Below, piece by piece: positions 12,101 to 24,100 of a DNA stretch of 64,000 nt. A model generated the notes under the pieces. That model searched no databases. It saw nothing but the letters and a program-made list of their open reading frames with translations, and was not told where the DNA came from. The stretch's first letter is position 1. Each line of letters starts with the position of its first letter. A program made the translations under genes and the position numbers. The stretch is from Asterias rubens (Eukaryota): contig NC_047076.1 of NCBI RefSeq assembly GCF_902459465.1, positions 9,362,001 through 9,426,000 of the forward strand. The letters are read 5' to 3'.

Positions 12101-15100
12101 GTTGTTACCGGAAGAAATTTCAGTCTAAGATCCAGAAAGAATAGTGTCGTCAGAGCCAGAAAGTGTGCCAGGTTGTCCAGTATTGACCCATTGAATGCAT
12201 GAACTACAGAAGTGAGCATCTGTTTTGCCTGCTTTTTAGAAACAAAACCACAATGTCTTCCAAGAATCGTTATATCATTGGATTAGAGATGATTTGTGTA
12301 TTAGTCTTGTACATGTAGTATGCAGATGTGCCCCTGTGGATTTCATGCATGCAGTGTGGAATAAGATTTGCATGTATAATGTGTTGAGTTAGAAAGAAGA
12401 AAAAAAAATGAAAATGTACACCTGTCATGCCTGTGAGTGTTTTTGGGGGCAAGCGAGCATTTTAAAACTAAACTAAACTCTTTTAAGCACTTTAAATTTT
12501 GTATCAAAGCACCTTACACTACAAAAAGAAATGCAGAATTGAACAAACGGTAACCCAAGGTAACTGGTGTCAACTCATGGTAACTTGAGGTTGAACCCGG
12601 ATAACCCTAGAAAACCACAACAAACCTTACGGCTAACCTTGAATTACCACCTCTGTTACTATCCCCTGTTTTTGGCCCTTCAGTATTCTTGAACCATCTC
12701 ATGCAGCACCGGAAGCCAAATGCGCACACATTTTGCTTATCATTCACATCAACTATCTCTACCCTGTCAGATACTCATTTACTCCTGGGTGATGAGAAGC
12801 AACTATAGTTGAGTTTATCACCCAAGAACGAAGGTGTCACAACAGGGATTTGAGCCCACACTCTAGCTCTAGACCACTCAGCCACGGCCGGCTTATACTA
12901 AAGTGTTTGAATTTCATAAAAGCCGAGTAGAGAATTGAAATGCATTCTCATTAATAAAAAGGCGACAATCGTACACAAGCGTTTTTACAAATACAAGACG
13001 AGTGGCGTATAGCATTCCCTGTGATACAACAGATGAAATGGATGTGGAAAATGAATTCCCGAAAATGACTGCTGATATGGCTAGCTCCAAGAAAGTAATT
13101 TTTGTACAATCTTAAAAAAGTCCTGGTTTAAGCTGCCATAGTAGATGTCAAAGGATTGAATGTGTGTACATGTATGCCTCAAGCACAACTCAGCCAATGA
13201 TAGACCTGCATACCACAACATTTTGTGTAACAGCGTTTAAGCATGTGATTCTGTTAGAGCAGCATTCCACAGTGAGAAGTGCAACAGACCTGCTTGGAAC
13301 AGGAATATTGCTTACACATCTTCTGCTTAGTTAAAAATAAGTAGGATGCCAGTCACAGATGCAACACGCAACATGGTATTTTGGCTGGTTTCTGTGCTAG
13401 TCACAGATGCAACTCGCAACATGGTATTTTGGCTGGTTTCTGTGCTAGTCACAGATGCAACACGCAACATGGTATTTTGGCTGGTTTCTGTGCTAGTCAC
13501 AGATGCAACATGGTATTTTGGCTGGTTTCTGTGCTAGTCACAGATGCAACACGCAACATGGTATTTTGGCTGGTTTCTGTGCTAGTCACAGTAGCAACAC
13601 GCAACATGGTATTTTGGCTGGTTTCTGTGCTAGTCACAGATGCAACACGCAACATGGTATTTTGGCTGGTTTCTGTGCTAGTCACAGATGAGATGCAACA
13701 CGCAACATGGTATTTTGGCTGGTTTCTGTGCTAGTCACAGATGCAACACGCAACATGGTATTTTGGCTGGTTTCTGTGCTAGTCACAGATGCAACACGCA
13801 ACATGGTATTTTGGCTGGTTTCTGTGCTAGTCACAGATGCAACACGCAACATGGTATTTTGGCTGCTTTCGTTTCTGAACTGTTTCAGCCCAATACTTCA
13901 CACGCCAACTTGTTAAGGCGCTTTCTTTTCAAATTCCATAAAATAAATTTCTTCTCATCAGTTTGAAACCCTGGAAAACACCATAAATCTATCGAGACAT
14001 GTAATTTTTTCATATAAAAAAAAATAAAAATGTCAACTAATTTTCATATTAATTTGTTAAGTGAAGCGGTTGAAAAGTGAATGAACATTAAGTTAATGAT
14101 AGTGATTGAAAAGAAAGTTTGCTGCAAACTGATCAATACTTGTAGGGCTCAAGCTTGGTTTGCTTTCAGCAAGAGCTTGTCTTTGAGGAATATTTTATTC
14201 ATCTTCTTCTTCAAGGTTCGTTCTAGACTGTCCACGAGTGCAACACTACTTTGTTCAATCCAGAGCTGTGTTTTGAGAGAGATGTGGCATGGAGGGACCA
14301 GTTTTATGTTGTCGGACGTTGCTAGATGCCATTCACTATCCAAATGTAGCACAACCCAATGCAATAGCAACTTCTAATCACAAGTTGTCGCACCTCTCTC
14401 AACACATAGCTTTACTTCATTCTGAACACTAGTGCAGACGCAATTACAAGTGATGTCAAAACATATACACTTAAGAATTTGTGACCTACATGTAAATAAT
14501 TTCCTTTATAAACACGTCCTGCATATTGTGGTGGACCATTGACTCTCATACTGGACACCGTTAGTTACCAAACAGATGACTGCTATTCAAATTTCTAAAA
14601 AAACTGCAGAGTCAAATATTTTGCTTTCCACCCTAGTCTGGTAAGCATAATTTGTATTGTGCTTAGCTACTTATAGTGCCTTAGCAGCTCTACTTATAAT
14701 TTGACCCTAGGTGTTCATGTGAGGACAAAGTAACTTTCCAGTGTCTACTACCTGTAGCATGTTCGGACTGACACCATTTTGTTGTTGATCAGGGTTGCTG
14801 ATGCTCCTCAGTCTCCCATCTCCATTCACCATCAGCTGGTTGGTTCTCATCATGGCGTCAGCAGACTTAGGGGGAGGGGGAGTTAAGGGGTCCATCATGG
14901 GGTCGTCCATGGGGTCATCGCTGATTTGGCCATTGGGGAAGGGGCCATTGTCTAGGCTGGCTGACTGTCCATCTTTTCCACTGTACACACCACTGTTAAC
15001 AAAAATGAACGTTTAAAGGTGTAAGTCTCTCAACAATTTTTTTGTTAAAACTGCAAAACCATCCGAGTAGTAAGAAAACATGTGTTTTATTTTTTAATTG

Positions 15101-18100
15101 TCAAGCCAAGGGTCGGTATTGGGGAAACAGTTTCTATGTAAATGCATACTACATGTATCTGTAAAAGCTCGCCCCCCCAAAAAAAAAAAAATAAAAAATA
15201 AAAAACTAAAAATTACAAAGTTATGTTTCAATGTCTTCTATCGAAAGTTTAAAAACAGGCAATAGACAATTGAATTTGAAAACTTATTTTCTAAAACATC
15301 TGTTGTTTTCAATACTACAAAAATTCTTAAATCTTATCTATTTATGAAAACAGTTTCATCATTGAATTGGATTAACAATTACTACAGTGAGACCTCATGC
15401 TTGACACAATAATATTTCGAATTAAAAAGACTCAACTTAAAAAAAAAAAACTAATTTGTTTTGTTCACAATGTGAATTCTAAATCCACTTCATTTTCTTA
15501 AAAAAACATACTACATTGTACCTAAACTGAGCAAGTATTGATTTGCTACCAGCCTACAGGAGGCCAACTACCAATGTTGCAAACTATTAGTAAAACTGGC
15601 TATTGCTTGCGCCTATTTTCCTTTTCGAATCAACGGCTTTGGATTCGGCTCAGGTTAGCTTGGCCTCGCCAGTTGATTTGACAATTGCACGTGCTTTGCA
15701 TATAAGTGCTCAGGGCTTCAGAAGAGAGAACGGAGCCTCAAGACGAATCCAAAGACGAAGCCATGGTTTATAAAAGGGCCTATGACAGAACATGCAGTAG
15801 TGGCAAGGTGCATTGCTGTACTTTCTCTACTCAGTATCTTGAACACAGCTGCAAGCAGGGTACTAGACTACATAACAGTGCACACATCATTTACTAAAAG
15901 ATCAAATTCATCTAAACACCCCATGCAAGGAGTACTACTTAGCAAAACAATTCGTAAAGACAAACCATATAGACAAAGTCAAACATCTTCATTTTAAAAC
16001 AAGCAGATAGAGAAGCTGGCAACAAAAAGTGCAGGAATTATTTCTATAGGATAGTAACCTCAGCTTGGACTCCAGCATCAGAGCTTGGTTTGACATTTGA
16101 ACCATGTAAAATAAAAAACTCAAAAAATGGAAATGGAGCCGAGGCCAAAGCTGTAGCCCAAACCTATATACATGTATACTGTACATGTAGGTTTGGAAAA
16201 AGCTCTTACTATAGTGTACAAGGAGCAAAACACATCAGGCATGTCACCTCAAAGGTATGTACACTGTACAGTCGCGTTTTGTTAATATCGTAAATTTCTG
16301 ATAATGCTACCAAGGGTGTCTCATACATGTAAGTGAATGACTGTAGCTGGCAAGCCACATGAACCCTATTAACAAGTGTGCTCCCTGTAAACCAGAAACA
16401 CTGGGGTCAACCCCTACTCATCCACAATAAGTGTTATTGGTTCTTTGATTGTATGTGCACTATCAAGTATCAATCCTACATGAAGTACACAAGACCTGAG
16501 GCTTAATGTTCCATCAAAACCACAAAGCAGTTATGGTAAAGTATTGCTCAAGGATACAAATGCCACAATCAGGACTCAAACCCACACTCTGCTGATTGGG
16601 ATCAACAAGACTGGGGAGGAGGGTAAAAAGGGCTTCACGTTTTACATGGAACTAGTTCAGGAATGGATTTGACAAAACTGAGTCTTAAAACAAAATTAGT
16701 AGTGGGTGCCCATAAGTCAAAATGATACTATAATACAGGCAGTGGAGTGGACCTGACTGAGTCCCTTAGATCCAATGGTCAGAGAGTTTCCCCCAACCTC
16801 TTGTGTGCTAAGAATCCGAAAGACAGCAGCGTTTGTGTCTCAGAATTGTTAATGTACCAAAATTTGTTTGAAACACCCCCCCCCCAAAAAAAAAAAAACT
16901 GAAAGTCAACATTAAAACAAAAACACAAGACATTTTTCCAGTCATGAGCCTGCAGTCCAGAAAATGTTGAGCCCCTGATCAAAGCCATGGTGTTCAAAGG
17001 CCTTCACCTTGTGTTGCCGATTTTGATGTACTGCCAATACAAGTCAAACTAACACATGGTTAGCATGGGTGTTGACCAACAAATATCCACCTCGCATTTT
17101 TGCCCTGATTTTGATAGATTCATCAGTATCATGGAGAGTCAAACTCACCCAACAACCCTGATTTGCCTGATTTGATGGATTTGGTAAAACCAGAACAACT
17201 GGCCTATGTAGCATGAGGCTAAAAGTTAACCGAAATCCATCTGGAGTCTGATGGATTCAGTATTTAGGCATGATACATGTACTTATCACTAGGAAAAAAA
17301 AGTAGGAGGATTTAATTGAGTGCAAGGACTCACTAACATGTCCACATGGTGCAAGGACTCACTAACATGTCCACATGGTGCAAGGACTCACTAACATGTC
17401 CACATGGTGCAAGGACTCACTAACATGTCTACATGGTGTAGGTTTAGGTTTTGAACGTTTTCAGGCTATTTATTTGTATAACATTAACAGTTTGTGATTG
17501 TTTTGAGGGCCAAAAAAACATCATGCTAGAAGCACTACAACAACCAAAGCAAGGTTGGCTAAGGCCACACATGAGAATCTACCCCAGTTGTTGGTGTTAA
17601 AGGAACACGTTGCCTTGGATCGGACGAGTTGGTCTATAAAAAGCGTTTGAAACCGTTTGTTATGAAATGTATATGGTTAGAAAGATGTTTTAAAAGTAGA
17701 ATATAATGATCCACACAAGTATCACTCAAAATTGCACGGTTTTCTTTTAACGTCGCGAACTATCACGGTCTGCCATTTATGGGAGTCAACATTTTGACTC
17801 CCATAAATGACCGACTGTGTTATTGGACGAGGTAAAAAGAAAACCACGCAATTTCGAGGCATATTTGTGTAGATCATTGTATTCTACTTTTACATCATCT
17901 TTCTAACCATATGCATCAAAAACGCTTTTCAAAGACCAACTCGACCGATCCAAGGCAACGTGTTCCTTTAAATTAAGATCAATCGACCTCAGTACTGATG
18001 AGGTCACGGTTTCTTTACCATTTTGCAGAAGATCGGGAAACCATTGTCTCTCTGCAAACCTGTCAGAAATGCTGTACTCAGTTACAGCACTAAGCAATGT

Positions 18101-21100
18101 GGTAAACAAACTGCAACATCCTCAGTACAGGGGTCTGTTGGTGTGGGATTTTGGAAGTTTGGGAGGGGTCAAAGCAAAAACACCTTGGGGTAAAAGGTAA
18201 ATTGTACATAAGTTGGGGGAACACAAAACATCTACAATATTAAAAGAAACTGCAGTGACAAACTTACTATCCAGTCCAAGGCCTGGTATTTTTATGAGGA
18301 AGCATTTTGTTGTTTTGGAAGAGAGAAAAAATAGGGTTGGAAAGTGTCAAAATGGTGCTAGATGTTTGACAATGGCTTTTAGCGCTGATGATTTGCGAAT
18401 CACGCAAAATCTTACCTGACTTTGGACTTTCTTACCCTGTTTAAAAGATTTCAGAGTTTGAAAAATAACAGTTCTATCATCAAGACATATTTTTATCATC
18501 ACAGAAGTGACATATTTTACGGAGACTGGAAGTGAAATGCTGAAAACAAATTTGTACGTTTTCCCATAGTTTCCGAGGAATTATTTTCTGGATTTCATTT
18601 TCCAGAGAAAACAACCTTCCAATTACTTGTTTTCTAGTAAAAATACATTTCACAAAATAATTTTCAAATCTTTTTTTTCCGCCGTGAAATAATTTTTCTA
18701 AAATTCCGTTTTCCTGTGGAAGTATTTATTCAAATTTCATTTTTCAGTGAAAATAATTTTGGAAACTTATTTTCTCAGAAAAATGGACTCAGACTTTTAT
18801 TTTCACGGGAAAACATAATTTAGGAAATTAGTAATTGGACAATTATTTTCTCAGGAAAAAGAAATCCGAAAAAATGATTTCCACTGGAAAAGGATATCTG
18901 TAAAATTACATAAATCTCCACAGGAAAACTGACTTTAGAAAACAGTTTTCACAGGAAAACAGACACAATTATTTTCAGCATGTCACTTCCAGGGCTCCGT
19001 AGCATTTATATGTCTTATTTGGATAATTTACAGACAATCTGGATTGGTGATACCAAGAAACCCAAAACAGCTAGTTCTAGAACTTACTTTAGACTTGATG
19101 CTTCATGGAGGAATTAGAGGCATCTTACAAATATTATACAATGGATCTTGGAAAACTGAGTAAAGTAAACAAAATATATCAAGCTACCAAAATGGATGAC
19201 TTGCTGTAGTTTACACTGTAAAAATGATATACTTTCCCTTTAAAGGCCGACAACAATCCTTAAGAAATGTACATTATTAGTGAAAGTGATCAGCTACCAT
19301 GCATAAATGTGTCCTTAGATCACAACAGCTTTTAAACTAATACCAAACCAGAACAGATAATGTATTGAACAAGCATGCCACAGATACCTGTGTGTGGTTA
19401 AAATAAATATTTTGCATGCATTTATTTAGTGATATAAAAACAAAATTGGTGGCTGCGGCTTTGACTATGCTTCATTTGATGATCAAGCGGCAGACATAGC
19501 CACTAATTCAGTCACAGCCTAATGCTTGCATTTGGAATGTACATTGTCATCATTGTGATTTAACATAGTGCCCATCACTCGGGAAATCTCTTGTCCAATT
19601 TCATAGCCCTGCTTAGCAACTGCAGGGAACCAGTCACAACCAATATACACCACACAGTGATTGTGGATGGTAACCTATACCTGCCAAGCAATATTTTTAT
19701 CTGTGCTTAGCAGCCTAATGAAATTTAACTCAAATTTTAAGGCAGTGCTTTGCCTAGTTCTGCGCATATAAACCATACAAATGATTCTATAGGATGTAAG
19801 GGCAGAATTGCGCAGCAAACTACACCATGGGGCTGTTCCAGGGCCCCATGGGTCTGAGACCAACTCCTGTCGCTTGAGGATTTTTTGCCTAAGGCGTTGG
19901 AAACACTATAAAGTGAAGAGATTTATAGCTTAACAAGTGATGAGCAAACCAAAATTTAATATAAAAATGCGTAGACCTGCCGTTGATTTTACAAAGAGTT
20001 AGGACTCGTCTTATCTCGATTTAGGTCGAGTAACTTTTCCTAACTTAGGATTAATCTTAAGGTCTGCATGCTACAGTGCAGGGTTGGGACTCGTCCTAAG
20101 TCCTAAGATTAATCTTAAGTTAGGAAGAGTTTTGTGAAATCGACACCAGGGGTGTCATCCCAATAGGAAATTTAGAGGTTCCTGAAATACAACCAAGTCT
20201 GTTTGCTAGCAGTAAGGATAATTGGAGAGAGGGTCGGAGTTTGGGGTAAGGGGAAACTTACACATTCTGCATGCTAGAGAAGCTTTTGCTGGCTGGGCGT
20301 TGTGGGGTATCCACCCGGCTGTGTGGGGGTAGAGAGTTGTGGCGTCTGGAAACAATAAAAGCGAACATACACACACATGGGGGACAGAGGAAGGGCAACA
20401 CTGATTAAATGCATTTCCACAAAAACAAACAAAAGGGATTCTTTGGTTCTGTAGTTTCTCACGATGGATTGAGGGCATTGCTGTACCGAAAATAAACAAG
20501 TAGCATCTTTCGTAAACTTCACAGGAATGATTTGATTGGTTGGTACTTTATCACTTTTGCAGACCTGCCAACCTTGTAAAAAAAATTTGAGTACTACATT
20601 ATCGCAGCGGCATAAACATGATCGCCCAGTGCACAACGGCATATGGCTCAATGCTTACGGTCAGTCAGCAAAAACCATGGACCACTTCATTTTAGATGAA
20701 CCATTCATTTAATGTAATTATATATCATATTCACACAAAATGCAGGCTACTTCATAAAAAAAAGTTGTATCATAATATCAGTGTTTATCTTGGGGGTGGT
20801 TGATGTGGCCTTTTCTGACTTTTTGTGCATGTGACCTTAACAGTCTGAAAAAAAAAAATGAAAAAGAAATAACCAGTTGACTGCTGGAACCATGTTCCAA
20901 ATGCCTAGATCAAGGATTTAAAACTGAAGGGGCAATTTTTTATTTTCTTTTTATTTATTTTTTAATATCACAAAAAAATTGGCCAGGGGTTTCCCTACGG
21001 GCGGTAAGCCCATTTTGACACATTTATGATCCATAACATATATTAATTTCATTGACAAGCTCTGTTGAACAATGTTCCTAATTAGTAACTTCCTAAATTA

Positions 21101-24100
21101 TTAGTAAATTAAACTCGGCATGCAAATATTATAACTTGGTATCCATCTTTGGTTGCCCAGTAAACGGACAAACGAAAGCCCACCGTAGAGTTTTCCAGTT
21201 CCACTTCAATTCAGGCATGCTTCAATTCATTTGTTTCCCTTATCAGGCTTATACAAAGATTACAGGCCATTAAATTCCCATTATTCTCCCCAAATTCTCG
21301 GGAGTTGGGAAAAATCGTGACGTAAATAATAACATGACTACCTCCTGACCTAAACTGCTGCCGCTCTTTGAGTGAGATGTCTAAATCAAATGAAGTGTGT
21401 GCACTGCCGACTGCACACGTGCACTGTGCAAAATGCATTATTTTCCACGTTTAAGAAGAAACTTCTTCGGAGCATGCATTCTCTTTTTTCCGGGTGGAGG
21501 AGTACTTTTTCCCCCATCACTGACACTTCGCCTTCGATCGGCGTCCATGTTGCATATAACACACGGCGACGCCGAACGAATTAGAGCCGAACACGTGCGT
21601 TGTGTGCACATACATGTACATGTACATCCATGCATAAGGCTGTACATGTACTATACCAGGTTGACCAAACTGGTATGCGCCATTCCCACACCCTCTGTTA
21701 CGCATTGGTTTATTAGTTTTCCAGCGGGAGTAAGAATTTAAAAAATAATTCTAAGCACAACCTCTTTTTTATCGAAGCACATAATTATCACTCAGATGTG
21801 GGGTGTTTTTGATCTGTTGTTTTTGCACTTGGGGTCGAACGAATAACAGTTGATTAAATTGAGAACAAAATTGTCCGTTCGTGCTGCAGTTTTAAAACAC
21901 CGCGATATATATAGCTTTTTGCGTACGTTCTGCAGAATATCTCGTACCACCGTACTCAGGGGTGAAAATGCGTGCATGGTACGCAAAATGCGTACAGGTT
22001 GGCAGGTCTGCTTTTGTAGTTATTAGATTCATTAGCCAATCAGAGCTGCTGTTTAACAATATGTCTTGTTAAATGTAATCTAAGCAATGACCTCATTGGT
22101 TGAACTCCAACCTGATTATTGGAATAAGTTTAGGACCAATTACAAAATCCGTTTGACTATGATTGAGAAATTTCCTGATAAAAACGAATCTCATTGGTTG
22201 AAACTGTTATGTGAGAAATGCATTCAAATCACAATCTGCTTCTATACAGGTCTAAAAAGGGGGCTTCACAACAATAATAAACAAGAAAAAGTGTTGTCTT
22301 CTTGTCAGTTTAGTGGGTCACCCACAGAAGCAGAATTTTCACCAAAATTGCAGAATTGTTTCATGCAAAAGCAATACAACATCCAAAATAAATGAACACA
22401 TCAAAAACGCAAGAAAACAAAATAAACACAGTAAACACAAAGTTCACAGAGTAAATAAAATTTCACCGCTACATCAAGGAAAATCTGATGAACTATTTTC
22501 ATCAATGACAATTATTTTTTTCCAAGAAAGCAAAATTGCCACAAGAATACCAGCAGAATGAATGTTTCTTTTAAAGCCACACATGCTTATTGGAATGTCA
22601 TAAGTTGAAATGAATTCCACATCAAAAATGGTTGAAAAATCCAAAGGATTTGCATGAAATGGACAGCTTCTATGATGACATGAGGTCTTATTAAAAGACT
22701 TTTGTTTGGCTAAATATCTCTTACTAAAATTCAAAACTGCTTTACCCTTTGCACATGCTCTTTTGACCTTCAACCTAAATCTAGCCCAAATTACAGGAGC
22801 AAAAAGCTGGTAATCATTTGCAGAGATCATTATCTACGCAGCTTTTTTTAGGCAAGATCAAAGGTCACAACTCCACTGAGTTGTTTTTGAAATGAGCTTT
22901 GGTAGCAGATGCAATTTTTTGCAGTGATAATTTTTGTTGCCAGCAATTTAAAAGGAAAGAAATCAAAATTTTGACCCATCATCATAGTTGGGAAGGGTCT
23001 TACAACTTGTTAGAAGCAGTGACTGATCTTCCCTTGTACATCAGAGCAAAATGCTATGCAAAATTTGTCAGTTGCTACTCAAAGACCATCATTTGCATCT
23101 CAATATTTAGCAATCCCTGTGCACAAAAATTGTTAGCAAAATTGCTGGATGAAATTGTTCCTTACAAACTGGACAGTAATCATTTTGGCAGCAACTACTG
23201 ACCAACTTTACTTTAGCACTATGTAACAACATTTTGTAGTTTTGAGTTGCAGCGCAATATATGTGAAAACAAATCTTAACACCACCTGTTAAATAGTGTG
23301 TATTTTTGTCCTTATGCGATCATCAAAAGGAAGACAGAAAAAAGACATAAAAAAAAGTTTTGTACCGCAAAGGCTTGAACATTTTCCTTACCGAAACTGT
23401 CCATCATCCATCTCAACCATCAGAATGTTTTTAGCAGACTCTGGCTGGAGCAGCTTGTACTTCAAATCTGAGATCTTCTCTGTTTCACCCACCGGGGTCT
23501 GATTGCGTTCATCCAGTGCAGCCTTCAGCGGGTTAAACTTGATCTGGTCTGCTGTGAGTTGTCCCCCGACCAGCATCTTGGTGGTCTGGTTATTGTTCTG
23601 CTTGATGAGGTTTGAGTTGACCACGGTGGCCCCCATCGGGGTGGTGATGATGTTTGGACGAACTCTGGCATTGGGCTGGATGGCACAGGGCTCGTGTTCT
23701 AGACCCTTCAGCTTAGCTTGGGCTAGCTCCGCCTTACCTACAAACAAATATTCAAAATGTTCATGCAATCACTGGGGTTTTCATCTTTGTCCGATTCCCT
23801 AATCACAGAATGACCACACTAAGAGGTAGTGTTTCTGATCAGCAGAGTGTGAGTCCCAGTCGTGACTCTTGTCTACATTAGCAAGACACCCAACCATTAT
23901 TGCTGCATTCTTGGTATGGGATGATGGGATGGCAAAAGAAACAGAATTTCTTTTTTAGGAAAAAAAAACAAAAAACAAAAAGGAATTTCGGTTTCAAACG
24001 GAAAAAATCACATCCCTGCATGCTATAATTTGAAATGCTTTGCTACCCTGCCGAGACATTTTTTAATCTGCCCTCTTGTGTTCAAACTTACTCAGTCCAG

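Noticed and set aside
13316-13322. Possible microexon (GCAG|AAGATGT|GTAAGC) on the minus strand
   Set aside because: All acceptor/donor combinations give lengths not divisible by 3 in a phase 0-0 intron
13346-13966. Repetitive ORFs ([16 protein letters not shown])n / ([16 protein letters not shown])n, and a possible CRISPR-like array
   Set aside because: Pure head-to-tail 48-bp tandem repeat with no unique spacers; the ORFs are an artefact of a unit length divisible by 3; the context is a eukaryotic intron
17320-17438. 29-bp repeats resembling CRISPR direct repeats in length
   Set aside because: Contiguous with no spacers and no cas genes
22087-23201. Cluster of 80-118-aa ORFs in intron 13
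   Set aside because: AT-rich, no motifs, and no compatible splice sites in the phase required by the gene
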